DNA of 64,000 bases from a virus. The translations under genes and the position numbers were made by a program. Where the stretch lies: positions 4,158-68,157 of the IMG/VR virus record IMGVR_UViG_3300036859_000312; one strand, given 5' to 3'. Shown here piece by piece: positions 1-9,262 of the stretch. The notes beneath the pieces were generated by a model. The model ran no database searches. It worked only from the letters and a program-made list of their open reading frames with translations, and was not told where the DNA came from. Position 1 is the stretch's first letter; each line of letters begins with the position of its first letter.

Positions 1-29
1 GTCTTCGAGCGGCGGGGTGTCAGCGGCGC

Positions 30-248
30 TCATCGCGGCAAGATGCCTTCCATCGGGATGACGCCATAGCCCTCGCAGTAGTAACACTGCAAGGGCGGTT
101 CGCCCGGGACGCCGTTGGGGACTTCGCCATCGCCGTCACAAACCTCGCATTCGGCGGACATGTCGAACCCTGCCGCTGCGAGCACATTGTCTCGCCGCTG
201 GCTTTGGGTGGCCTTGCGTTGCAGCTGCTGGTAGCGGTTGGGTGCCAT
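30..248 (-). CDS. Small Zn-finger protein (two CxxCxGxG motifs)
   Basis: CEVCDGDG...CYYCEGYG; ATG at 248 overlaps the stop of the upstream ORF. Confidence 0.6.
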   Translation of the reverse strand: MAPNRYQQLQRKATQSQRRDNVLAAAGFDMSAECEVCDGDGEVPNGVPGEPPLQCYYCEGYGVIPMEGILPR

Positions 249-544
249 CACAGAGTCCAGATCAGCCAGGTGACACGGGCCAGGATCAACACGCCGAGGA
301 TGCACACGGCGATCGTGGTGGCGGTGATGCCGGCCAATTGGGTCATGTTGCACTGGGCCCGGAAATCGCTGCGCCGGCTGGTCTTCGCAGCGAGCGCCTT
401 GGCTTCCGCTTCGATCTCCCGGGCGCGGTCTTCGTGCTCGGTACCGAACAGGATCCGCATGTAGGGCTGCAAGATCCCCTCAAACGGCGGTTCCGGTTCG
501 TCGGTGCCGTTGGTGGTGGGCGAAGAATGGGCTTGATCGGACAT
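248..544 (-). CDS. Hypothetical membrane protein
   Basis: C-terminal hydrophobic helix; CCCGTGGAGG RBS and a 19-bp motif upstream. Confidence 0.6.
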   Translation of the reverse strand: MSDQAHSSPTTNGTDEPEPPFEGILQPYMRILFGTEHEDRAREIEAEAKALAAKTSRRSDFRAQCNMTQLAGITATTIAVCILGVLILARVTWLIWTL

Positions 545-689
545 TGGGTTTACCTCCACGGGGGTGTCTATAACACCGGCATGTTACCGCGGTTACGGGT
601 GTGGGGCGGTTGTGTACCGGAGAACCGCCTGCCCTCCAGATCCGGGCTGTGGTTGGGGTCACGGGGCGGACCGGGGGGCAGACGGCGAT

Positions 690-1289
690 CTAACGGCTCA
701 GGCAGGTATCTACCCCGCCGTTCACGAGGTCAGTGAACGCCGGGGCGCCGGTCTCGGAGAGATGCACGTAGTCGTCACCGAGATAGTCGAGATGGTCAGC
801 CACGACCGCGGCCCAGTCGACCAGCACGACCCCTGACGGGTCGCCAGCCTCGAAGTCGTACGCCCATGCCCGGTAGGCGTCGATGACCTGACGGCGGTAT
901 TCGTCGGGGCCCGGGTAGGCGGGCAGCAGGATCACCAGACAGGCGTCTGGGTGTATGAGTCGGGCGTGGTCGGCGAGTTCGGTCCGGTCAGCGGAGGTCA
1001 TGCCGGTGGTCGTGTAGTTGTGGCCGTAGGCCATGACCAGAACCTGGGGTGATCGGCCGGCGTCGGTGACGTCAGCGGCGACCATCGGGTAGCTGTGCGA
1101 GGCCCGCCATCCGAGACCGGTGTAGACGGTGGCGTCTCGGTAGTTGCCGCCGAGGTACCAGCCTTGGAGGGCGATGCTGTCGCCTGTGACGATCACGTGG
1201 CCGGGTACGGGCGGCACTGCGCACGCTGTGTCGAGCACGGCGACAGCGAGGGCTGACATCAGCAGTAAAACTTTCAGGGGGAATGTCAC
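690..1289 (-). CDS. SGNH/GDSL hydrolase lipoprotein
   Basis: Signal peptide with lipobox-like LDTAC; GDSI, GHN and DYVH catalytic blocks; GTG start overlaps the gam stop (GTGA). Confidence 0.75.
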   Translation of the reverse strand: MTFPLKVLLLMSALAVAVLDTACAVPPVPGHVIVTGDSIALQGWYLGGNYRDATVYTGLGWRASHSYPMVAADVTDAGRSPQVLVMAYGHNYTTTGMTSADRTELADHARLIHPDACLVILLPAYPGPDEYRRQVIDAYRAWAYDFEAGDPSGVVLVDWAAVVADHLDYLGDDYVHLSETGAPAFTDLVNGGVDTCLSR

Positions 1290-1945
1290 GTCTGGTCCTT
1301 TGGGGGTGTGGGGGTGGCTTTGAACGCTGGATGGGTGGGGACGAACAGGATCAGGTCGGGGATGACTTCGCCTGTGGGCTGACCATCCCCGTCCGGTGCC
1401 ATGACCGCGCGGGCTTCGTAGCCTGGTGGAGCATGGAAGGCCCCATCTACGGGGCCGGCAATGACTCTGTCCTTGAGCCAAGACTTCGCGATCTTGCGTT
1501 GAACACGAATCGCTGCATCTCCGAACCGGTCCTGTAACCGGCCGGCGACGGCGTCTTCCTCGCCGTGGAAATCCAGGCGTGTCTGTGCCTGACGCAATGT
1601 CAGTTTCCCGTTGGGCAGATTCCAAGTCTTGTCCCGACCACCGGACGCCTTGTGCTGGGCGCGGGTCCAGCCTTCTAACAGGCGTTCGATGTGGGCGACC
1701 CTGTTGAGGAGACCGTTCTGTCGCTCGGCCCGCCATTCCTGTAGCTCCGCCGTCCGGGCCTGGTAGACGGTCTCGACGTCGGCTACCTGGCGATGCAGGT
1801 AGCGGAGCACGCCCAACAGACGGTCAGCAGCGACGCTGTCCTCGGGCTCGGGATAGATCTCATCCCAGCTGGCGTCCGTGCCGGCGCGGTCGCTCAGCCA
1901 TTCGTCGAAGTCGGCGTCAGGGTCGGGCAGCAATCTGTAGGTCAT
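1286..1945 (-). CDS. gam: Mu Gam-like host-nuclease inhibitor
   Basis: Coiled-coil followed by KTWNLPNGKLTLR, typical of the Mu Gam/Sipho_Gp157-type family. Confidence 0.7.
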   Translation of the reverse strand: MTYRLLPDPDADFDEWLSDRAGTDASWDEIYPEPEDSVAADRLLGVLRYLHRQVADVETVYQARTAELQEWRAERQNGLLNRVAHIERLLEGWTRAQHKASGGRDKTWNLPNGKLTLRQAQTRLDFHGEEDAVAGRLQDRFGDAAIRVQRKIAKSWLKDRVIAGPVDGAFHAPPGYEARAVMAPDGDGQPTGEVIPDLILFVPTHPAFKATPTPPKDQT

Positions 1946-2073
1946 GGGGTGCTCCAGGGTTCATCGCAGGTGGGGCCGGGCCCGCCGTCCGGGTTGGTCC
2001 ATTCACAATCGGTGAATCCGAACAGGAACACCCGAACCCAGTAGGCGGCCCATCGGGCCAAGCGGGTAACCAT
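1942..2073 (-). CDS. 43-aa leaderless ORF coupled to gam
   Basis: ATG 8 nt after TAACGT; its stop overlaps the gam ATG (ATGA); below the ORF-track cutoff. Confidence 0.5.
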   Translation of the reverse strand: MVTRLARWAAYWVRVFLFGFTDCEWTNPDGGPGPTCDEPWSTP

Positions 2074-2208
2074 GAACCCGAACGTTACCGCGGTTGCGGT
2101 CTGCTAGTTGGGGCACCGGTCCGCGACCAGAGCTGGGGGTACTATGCCGGGACGCGCAACGCCCCTCCGACAAGCGGAGGGGCGCCAGAACGTGGAAGGG
2201 AATTTCCG

Positions 2209-2754
2209 ATGGCAGATGTTACCCGAGTTTCCCCCGCCGAACACACGGAAACAGCGCGGGCGCTGGTCGGGCTGTTCCAGGAGTGGCAGGCGACTCACCC
2301 GCGGGCACCGAAGTCGCAGTTCGTGAAACTGGCTGAACAGGCGACCCGCCCCCAGCAGCAGGCCCTACTTCCGGCTGTGTGTTCGGTACCGGCCCGGCGG
2401 TCTCCGGCGACGCTCGGGTCGGACAGCGATGTGTGGTTCGCTGACTTCTGGGCGACCTATCCGCGCAAGGTGTCGAAGGGACAGGCCCGCAAGGCGTGGG
2501 CATCCGCTGTGCGTCGCACGGGTGATCCGGCTGTGATCTTGCGGGGCGTCCACCAGTTCGCTGCTGACCCGAATCTTCCTGAGGCACAGTTCATCCCTCA
2601 CCCGTCTACTTGGCTGACCGGGGAACGTTGGGCCGACGGGCCCCTCCCGGCCCGGCAGGTGCCACAGCAGGGCCGTACGACGCGGGCGCTGGTGGGGTTG
2701 GTGCAGCACACCAACAACAAACGACTGCCGGTGCTGCCCGCGGCGGGCCGATGA
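2209..2754 (+). CDS. Phage replication initiator-like protein (C-terminal domain)
   Basis: FADFWATYPRKVSKGQARKAW...FIPHPSTWL..ERW motif. Confidence 0.7.
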   Translation: MADVTRVSPAEHTETARALVGLFQEWQATHPRAPKSQFVKLAEQATRPQQQALLPAVCSVPARRSPATLGSDSDVWFADFWATYPRKVSKGQARKAWASAVRRTGDPAVILRGVHQFAADPNLPEAQFIPHPSTWLTGERWADGPLPARQVPQQGRTTRALVGLVQHTNNKRLPVLPAAGR

Positions 2755-2999
2755 TGGCTGCTGACCTGACGCCTGGTACCCGTGTCCGGGTGGTCGCTGG
2801 GCCGTGGCCCGAGCGCATCGACTGCGAAGGGCAGATCGCTCAACCCCCGGCCGACTACGGCGATGTGTACCCAATCGCTGGGCTGGGTCAGAGCGAAGTC
2901 GTTGTCGTCCTAGACGCGGATCCCCTCGGATCTGACCATGATGGCTGGTGGACCTGCGTCTACTTCACCAATAGCATCGAGGTTGTCGATGGCGACTGA
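2751..2999 (+). CDS. Hypothetical protein
   Basis: ATGA overlap with the upstream gene. Confidence 0.55.
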   Translation: MMAADLTPGTRVRVVAGPWPERIDCEGQIAQPPADYGDVYPIAGLGQSEVVVVLDADPLGSDHDGWWTCVYFTNSIEVVDGD

Positions 3000-3516
3000 C
3001 GATGTCGTGGCCGGTGTCCTGGCCCGCCTGCTGCTCGACAAGCCCAACAGCCAGGATGAGCATTCCACCCCGCATCTGCATGAACTGTGGATCGAACATC
3101 TGGGCGACATGGACGACCGTGACATTGTCGCCGCGTGTCACGCTCTGCTCGATGACCCTCAGGCCCGGTTCCCGACGGTCGGCCAGTTCCGTGACGAAAC
3201 CCAAATCCAGTCCCGGGATCGGATCCGCAGGGCTACGCCTCCCGACGCAGGCCCGTTCGTGTGTGTCACATGCGCCGGTCTACGGTTCGTGTTCATCGAG
3301 ACTCCGGGTTATCCGTGGACGGTCCGTCCCTGCGAATGCAACGAACATCAATATCAGCTGTGGCTGTCGAAGCATTACCGGCGTGACCATCTGTGCAACG
3401 ACTGTTCTGAATCGGTCCGGCGTCGTAACCGTGGCCGGACCCCGGCCCGCAACAACCCTGAACCGGTGCGGGCAGATCCTCAGGTGACAGCAAGGATGTT
3501 TGGGGAGCATTTCTGA
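2989..3516 (+). CDS. Putative helicase loader/inhibitor-like protein with Zn finger
   Basis: W..HL.D...FPTVGQF motif and CxxC...CxC; follows the rep-like gene. Confidence 0.5.
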   Translation: MATDDVVAGVLARLLLDKPNSQDEHSTPHLHELWIEHLGDMDDRDIVAACHALLDDPQARFPTVGQFRDETQIQSRDRIRRATPPDAGPFVCVTCAGLRFVFIETPGYPWTVRPCECNEHQYQLWLSKHYRRDHLCNDCSESVRRRNRGRTPARNNPEPVRADPQVTARMFGEHF

Positions 3517-3587
3517 TGGGCGCGGATGTGGCGTCCGGCACGCCCTCCAAAGGCGTCGCTCTGGGGGTTCGAGTCCCTCCGCCCATG
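3516..3587 (+). tRNA. tRNA-Trp(CCA)-like element with aberrant D arm
   Basis: Acceptor ATGGGCG/CGCCCAT; anticodon arm ACGCC-CTCCAAA-GGCGT; T arm GGGGG-TTCGAGT-CCCTC; G discriminator. Confidence 0.65.
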
Positions 3588-3751
3588 CCCGCGGCCCGCC
3601 TGATCGTCGAGTGGCCAGACGGTGGCCGTATCGAACATCCCCTGTCAGCTGAGGGTCGGACGGTCGGCGGGAAGACGCCGTGCCAGTATGTGGCGGTGCT
3701 AGGTCAGATCGTCACCCCCGGGCGCTGTCGGGCAGCGTGGTGGATCGAACC

Positions 3752-3970
3752 GTGATCCGCCGTCTGTTCCCGACCAGCGACCCAGAGGACTACGCCATCA
3801 CGACCATGCTGATGGGGTTCTTCGCCCTCGGCGCCTTTCTCGGGATAATCGGCAACGGCTGGGTCATCGTGCTGTTCGGTATCGCTAGCTCGGTGGCCAT
3901 GCATCACGCCAGACTCCAGCTCGAAGCCGAACAGGCCGAGACAGACCACGAGACCGAGACGACCCAGTGA
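3752..3970 (+). CDS. Small membrane protein
   Basis: Two hydrophobic segments; overlapping start/stop codons. Confidence 0.55.
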   Translation: MIRRLFPTSDPEDYAITTMLMGFFALGAFLGIIGNGWVIVLFGIASSVAMHHARLQLEAEQAETDHETETTQ

Positions 3971-4467
3971 CCGAGACCCGCCTGTTGATCCTTGATATCG
4001 ACGGGACTGTCAGGCACGGCCGCGACGACCTGGGCCGCTTCGTGAACTGCGTTGACGATGTGATCGTGTTCTCCGGAGCGGTCGACAGGATGCGGGCATG
4101 GAAAGCCGCAGGCGGCCGCATCATCGGCGTGTCGAACCAGGGTGGTGTAGGTCTCGGTCTGGTGCCGGCTACTGATGTGGCGATGGCCATGATCGAAACC
4201 GAACGCCAATGCGTCGACACGGACGGCCGGGCCCTGTTCGACGCGGTCGCCTACTGCGAACACGCCCCGGACAACCGGGCCTGTTGGTGCCGTAAACCCC
4301 TCCCGGGTCTGGTGTTCCAGCTCCTGGCCCGCCTCGAACTGACCCATCCCGCCGAGATGTACCCGCGGGGTGAAGCGGTACTGGTCGGTGACCGCCAAGA
4401 CGACGTCGACCTAGCAGCGGTGCTGGACGTGCCGTTCCAGTGGGCGCAGGACTGGCGCAATGCCTAA
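3967..4467 (+). CDS. HAD-IIIA phosphatase (GmhB/polynucleotide phosphatase-like)
   Basis: DIDGT, SNQGG, CRKPLPG and VGDRQDD motifs. Confidence 0.85.
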   Translation: MTETRLLILDIDGTVRHGRDDLGRFVNCVDDVIVFSGAVDRMRAWKAAGGRIIGVSNQGGVGLGLVPATDVAMAMIETERQCVDTDGRALFDAVAYCEHAPDNRACWCRKPLPGLVFQLLARLELTHPAEMYPRGEAVLVGDRQDDVDLAAVLDVPFQWAQDWRNA

Positions 4468-4756
4468 CGCAGCGATGCTCGGCGCCTACGGGGTGGCGGC
4501 TGACGCCGCGGCGGTGATCGCCGCTAAACGCGGGGCGGGTTGGGGCTGGTGTAGTCACTGTGGCGGCTGGCGGCCCCGCTCACATTTCCAGGGTCCGGTG
4601 GCGATCCCCTCCGCCACGCGAAAGGGGCCGCCACCGGAGTGACGGCCCTGACGCATACAAGAAAGCGAGGATCTATGCAGGATCGATCGCAATAGTACTC
4701 CGCTGGTGCATGGCTCGTCACCTACAACGCACACCACGGAGGCCCCCCACCTCTCA

Positions 4757-4921
4757 ACCCGGTGGCTGTGACGCTGAAAGGCGGGTTAGTCCCGTCGGTG
4801 CGCTTACGGGACGTGCCACCAGCTAGCGCTGCCGGTCGGGCACACGAAACGTACGAACCGACGCTGACCGTCCGGGCCGCTAAGTCGCCGTTTCGTGAAA
4901 GGGTGGCTTGGGGAACCGGGT
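4757..4921 (+). ncRNA. Candidate structured RNA or origin element
   Basis: Closing ACCCGGT/ACCGGGT with several internal stems, in an intergenic gap of about 490 bp. Confidence 0.35.
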
Positions 4922-5131
4922 GACGCCCCGCGTCGCTCCGCTCGCTCAGGACCCTCGCTTCGCTTCGGTTCCTGGCGGTGCGCGCGAAGGGGTCAGCTCA
5001 GTTGCTCTCTTATAAGTCGCGTCCCCTTCCATTGGTCGCGTCATTTCACAAACGTGACCCGCGCGCGCGGTCGCAGCTCCACCGAAATCTCCGAAATTTC
5101 GTAGCCGTACCCGCGCTAACATGTCTTGGGT

Positions 5132-5776
5132 ATGCCTAACCCCACACCACCCCTCTATAACGTCCCGCGTCTCGACCTGACACCCGTGTTCTCGTTCGGT
5201 GTCGGCTATCACAGCGCCAGCTGGATCGAGATCGAATCCGCCACCACCGACGACGGTCGCACGGTGTTCACGACGACTGCGGAGCCGCCGATGCTGCATC
5301 CCCTCGACCGGTTCATAGGGGAGGTGTCCCGCATCGTCGTGCGAGAGAACGACGACCGCCGGATTGGTGTCGCCTACATGCGTGTCATCGATGGCGCCAA
5401 GCCTGAGAACTATATGGTCTGGCATGTCGACAACCCTGACGGCGCGGTGCGGTTTCACACAGCGATCGCTACCGACGATGCCAAGGTCAACCTGGCATGG
5501 CTCCAGGACGCCGACCTGATCGGTGCGCCAGTCGAGCGCACCTGGCAGACGGCACGGTTCGTGCAACCCGCCAACGGGGTGATCGTCAAGTTCACGACCG
5601 AACCGCACGGCGTGCTGCCACAGGACCCGCGGCCCGGTCACCTGACGGCGATCTTCTTCGCGACGTTGTACCGCACCCGGGCTGAGGCGGACCTATACAC
5701 CACGAACAACACCCAGACCGGCAGCCACGCCATGCTGCCCAGATTGGAACCCACCCGCGGACCGCAACCGCGGTAA
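5132..5776 (+). CDS. Hypothetical protein
   Basis: 214-aa ORF downstream of a 19-bp motif copy. Confidence 0.7.
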   Translation: MPNPTPPLYNVPRLDLTPVFSFGVGYHSASWIEIESATTDDGRTVFTTTAEPPMLHPLDRFIGEVSRIVVRENDDRRIGVAYMRVIDGAKPENYMVWHVDNPDGAVRFHTAIATDDAKVNLAWLQDADLIGAPVERTWQTARFVQPANGVIVKFTTEPHGVLPQDPRPGHLTAIFFATLYRTRAEADLYTTNNTQTGSHAMLPRLEPTRGPQPR

Positions 5777-5815
5777 CGTAGGGGTCGTTACATTTACCCC
5801 CAAGGAGGCCCCCGC

Positions 5816-5941
5816 ATGGGCAAAGACAAGATCGTCCCGATCCCGCATCCCGGACCCAAGACGAAGGACCATTTCCACGGCGACCCCCACGACGTCGGGC
5901 ATATCACCGGCACGAGTGGCAAGGACACCGGCAAGAAATAG
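5816..5941 (+). CDS. 41-aa peptide (MGKDKIVPIPHPGPKTKDHFHGDPHDVGHITGTSGKDTGKK)
   Basis: AAGGAGG RBS and a motif/promoter at 5761; not in the ORF track. Confidence 0.6.
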   Translation: MGKDKIVPIPHPGPKTKDHFHGDPHDVGHITGTSGKDTGKK

Positions 5942-5947
5942 CTGACG

Positions 5948-8688
5948 ATGGCCCGCCACGCGTTCGCCGTGAACCCTCCGCCTGTCCTGTTCGCCCCTCG
6001 GGGCTGTATCGGCGCCCTGAAAACGAACGGTGTGCCGTATATGGAGGCCCTGTTGTTCGAGCGGGGCGGGGCCCGTGCTGTGACGTTGCGGATCGGGCCG
6101 GGCGACTCGATGGAGCACCTGGACGGCGAACGCGTGGCGGGCGTGGATGAGCTGGTCTACGCGGCTAGCAGCTGGGTGAACGAACCCCGACAACTAGCCC
6201 TGGAGATCCCCGATGCTTGACGCAACACAGACCCAAGAGTTGCGCCGACGGGCCGCCCTGGAAGTGCAAGCGATTGAGGCGGGCATCGTGGCTCGTCGTG
6301 TCGTCCCGGCGATCTGTGACTCCATCGTCTACACCACGCACGCCCTGGCTGAGTTCATGGCCGGTGCTGTCGATGCAACTGGGGGCATCGACGATTTCCT
6401 GCTCATGTGGGATCTGTCTGATTTGTGGGAGAACGCCTGATGAGCATGATCACCGTTGCATCTTCGGACGAAGACCTACTGCCCGTCACGGTCGATTCGC
6501 TGATCGAAGCGGGCGTTAGCCACCTGGTCGGCTGGATGCAGGCATCCGGTGGCCTGTTCATTACCCCGCGTGTAGCTGATCAGCACTGGCTTTCCACAGC
6601 CAGGACGGTCACCCAGGTTGAGGAGATCCTGGGGCGTCCCTTATCAGGTGCCCGGTCGGTCCTGGACAAGGTCAGGGCAGATCCGTGGTGCCGGATCTCG
6701 GTCGATTGGAACGACGTTTGATGACCGACACCCCGCCCGAGGTGGCCGCGCTAGCGACGCATTACGTGTCCACCTATTGCATGCACGCCGCCGAATTGAC
6801 CGACACCGAGGGCGCCGAGGCGCTACATCGTGCCTGCCGCTTGTCGTGCAAGACGTGTGGTGAGGCGTGCCGCTGCTCGTGCGGCCACCCGTGGGCCGAA
6901 CTGGAGGAACGATGACCGACCGTTCGGACACCCCGACCGACGTCTGGATGTACCCCACCGACGCCGTCCCTCTCGCCCATAGGCCAGTTTCAGCGTGCCG
7001 CCAACCGGAATGGGGCCAGTACGTGTGGGAACTCGAATCGGCTCTGCGTTCCACCCTCGCCGACAACGAACGTCTGCGCCGCCAGTTGCAGTCCGTCGAC
7101 ACCGAACCGGAAGCGGACGATGCCTGACCCGACCCCCACCGTCACCCCCGGCCCACACGACGACCTGCTGGCCTGCGACCGTTCCGACACCGGCTACGAA
7201 GGTCCGACAGTGGGCGAACTCATCCGCAACCCACAGGATCTGTCGGAGGAGTCCGCCCGGGCGATCGAGGCGATGTACCGAGCGGTCTATGCGCGGTTGG
7301 CGACTGACCAGACCGCCCCCGCCACCCCCGGCCAGTGGGACGACGACCTACTCGACACGGTAGCCATTCATGTCGGATGGCTTCGCCGGGGCGGTTGCGA
7401 TGACCTGCGTCAAGCGGTCACCGACAACACCCAATCCGCCGACTATCTGGAACGCCTGGCGGCGGCTCTGCGTTCCCAGATCGCCGAGACCGACGAGCTG
7501 CTGGCTCTTCTGGGCAAGCGCCTCGCCCAACAGCACGAGGTCGACCGGCTGACCCGTGAGCTGGAGGCCCGTGCCGCTGCCCCCGAACCGCTGTGGCGGG
7601 GAACGACATCTGCGATCTTCAGCTTTGGTGAACCAGCGGAAGGCTCTGTGATCGACGGGCCTCGACTCGACGTCCCGCCCGGCACCGAGGTGGCCGTGTT
7701 CAGCGCCGACCAGCTGCCAACGACCGTCACCCGCGAGCAGGTGGCACCAGCAGTAGCTCGGACACTCGGCGAGACCTACCTGCCCGGAGAACGCAACACC
7801 CTCGCTGACTACGAGGCGGTCACCGACGCCGTCATGGCACTCCTGGAACGTAAGGGGAGCGCCGATGGCGATGAGGCCCGCCCGGAGGAACCCGCCGATG
7901 GCTGAGCCCTTCATCAACACGGAAGGCGCCGTTGCAGCCCTGCGTGCGTGGTCCTGTGACGCCGAGGTCATCGAGTTGTGCGACTCCCACGAGCAGCTGC
8001 GCATCCTCGTCGCCGAGCTGGAGGACATCGGCGCCGTCAAAGACGAACAGCACGCAGCGATGATAGCGGTGGCTCGCCGGTTGCTAGGCGACTGGTACCC
8101 CGACGACGCCGGCAACCGGTGGTGCAATCTCAGGACCGAGATCGACGACCCGCTCGTCTTCGAGCCGATGACCGACGTCGAACGCCAGACGCTCGACGCC
8201 CTGGAGGCCGACGATGGATAAGGCCTACGAGTACCGGGGCGAGCGGCGCTACATCGAGGGCGTCCCGTTCGGCGGCTGGCAGGAGACAGGCGACCACTAC
8301 GTGACCGGCGACGGCCCGCTGTGGGACGGCGACGTCGAGCTATACGACCCCCGCCAGTGGATCGCCGACCACCCGATGGAAGCACTCCGCGTGCTCTTCG
8401 GAAACGAAGCCGTCGACCGGTTTCTCGCCGACGCCGAGGAGCCCGGTGATGTGCGCTCACGGTGAGACAGTTCCAGTGCGAGTGAAGATCGATGCCGGTC
8501 TGTCCCACTCCGGCCGAACCGAATGGAAGGTAAAGCCAATCGACCGCTGCATTGCCGGTCTTGTCGCCGCGTTGCAGGGCGGAGGGATTGACATGCTCGG
8601 TTCCTGTTGCGGTCACGGCCGGAACCCTGGTGAGATCGCGCTGGCTGACGGGCGGATCTTGTCGCTCCCGATCGGAGAGCCCGGATGA
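5948..8688 (+). other. Run of coupled small hypothetical ORFs (5948-6220, 6213-6440, 6440-6721, 6721-6915, 6912-7127, 7120-7905, 7898-8221, 8214-8465, 8446-8688)
   Basis: Consecutive overlapping start/stop codons, typical of phage accessory operons. Confidence 0.65.
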
Positions 8689-9131
8689 TGCGCCGTAGCC
8701 CGATGCCCCGCGGGAACGGGCTGCGACGCACCGGACCCCCTCAACGCCGTGTGCCGGTCCGTCAGGTCAGCCGTAAACGGCAGGCCGAGCTGGACAACCC
8801 GGCACGGGGCGCGGTCCGCGATCGGGTCTTCGCCCGCGACGGGTCCTGTCTGTTGAGACGCTGGGCGGGGATCCCGCCTTGCATCGGTAACCCGTTCACC
8901 CCGCACCATCTCCGCAAAGCTGCCCAGGGCGGCCCCTATAACGAACTGAACCTGGTCACGCTGTGCGCCGGTCACAACGACTGGGTGGAGACCTCCGAAG
9001 CTGCCGATGTCGTTCACGCGTGGGGGCTCGTGAAACGCAACAGCGACACCTACGCCGACGTGTGGGCCCGTCTGGCTGCTGCCGGGCTGGTCACATACAA
9101 GTGGACCGGCCAACCTTTGAGGTCCAAGTGA
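8685..9131 (+). CDS. HNH endonuclease
   Basis: RDGSC...PHHLRK..QGG...NLVTLCAGHN. Confidence 0.75.
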   Translation: MMRRSPMPRGNGLRRTGPPQRRVPVRQVSRKRQAELDNPARGAVRDRVFARDGSCLLRRWAGIPPCIGNPFTPHHLRKAAQGGPYNELNLVTLCAGHNDWVETSEAADVVHAWGLVKRNSDTYADVWARLAAAGLVTYKWTGQPLRSK

Positions 9132-9262
9132 GTCACCGAACCGATACCCGGCACCTCGAATACGCGATCCGCCACAATCTGCCCGGTGTTTGGGGCGGCG
9201 GCACTAGCGAAATGGATCGGCGGATCATCATCCGCCGACGACGTAAACGGACGGCTGCCTAA
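9128..9262 (+). pseudogene. whiB: Truncated WhiB-like protein (C-terminal half only)
   Basis: LEYAI...GVWGGGTSEMDRR plus a basic tail; none of the Fe-S cysteines. Confidence 0.6.

Noticed and set aside
1290-1736. N-terminal extensions in the ORF track (690..1736; also 41159 capsid, 13356 helicase, 58691 methyltransferase)
   Set aside because: They overlap other genes or promoters; downstream starts have RBS, coupling or leaderless signals
2010-2048. Resemblance to the c-di-AMP (ydaO) riboswitch (GGTGAATC...CCCGAACCC...GTAGGC)
   Set aside because: Lacks the GTCAGCTAAC core and the 5' half; explained as the antisense of the 43-aa ORF
7348-8616. Long reverse-strand ORFs (also 15932-16954, 20841-21926, 34255-35220, 41894-42796)
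   Set aside because: Shadow ORFs opposite well-supported genes in GC-rich DNA; no recognisable motifs
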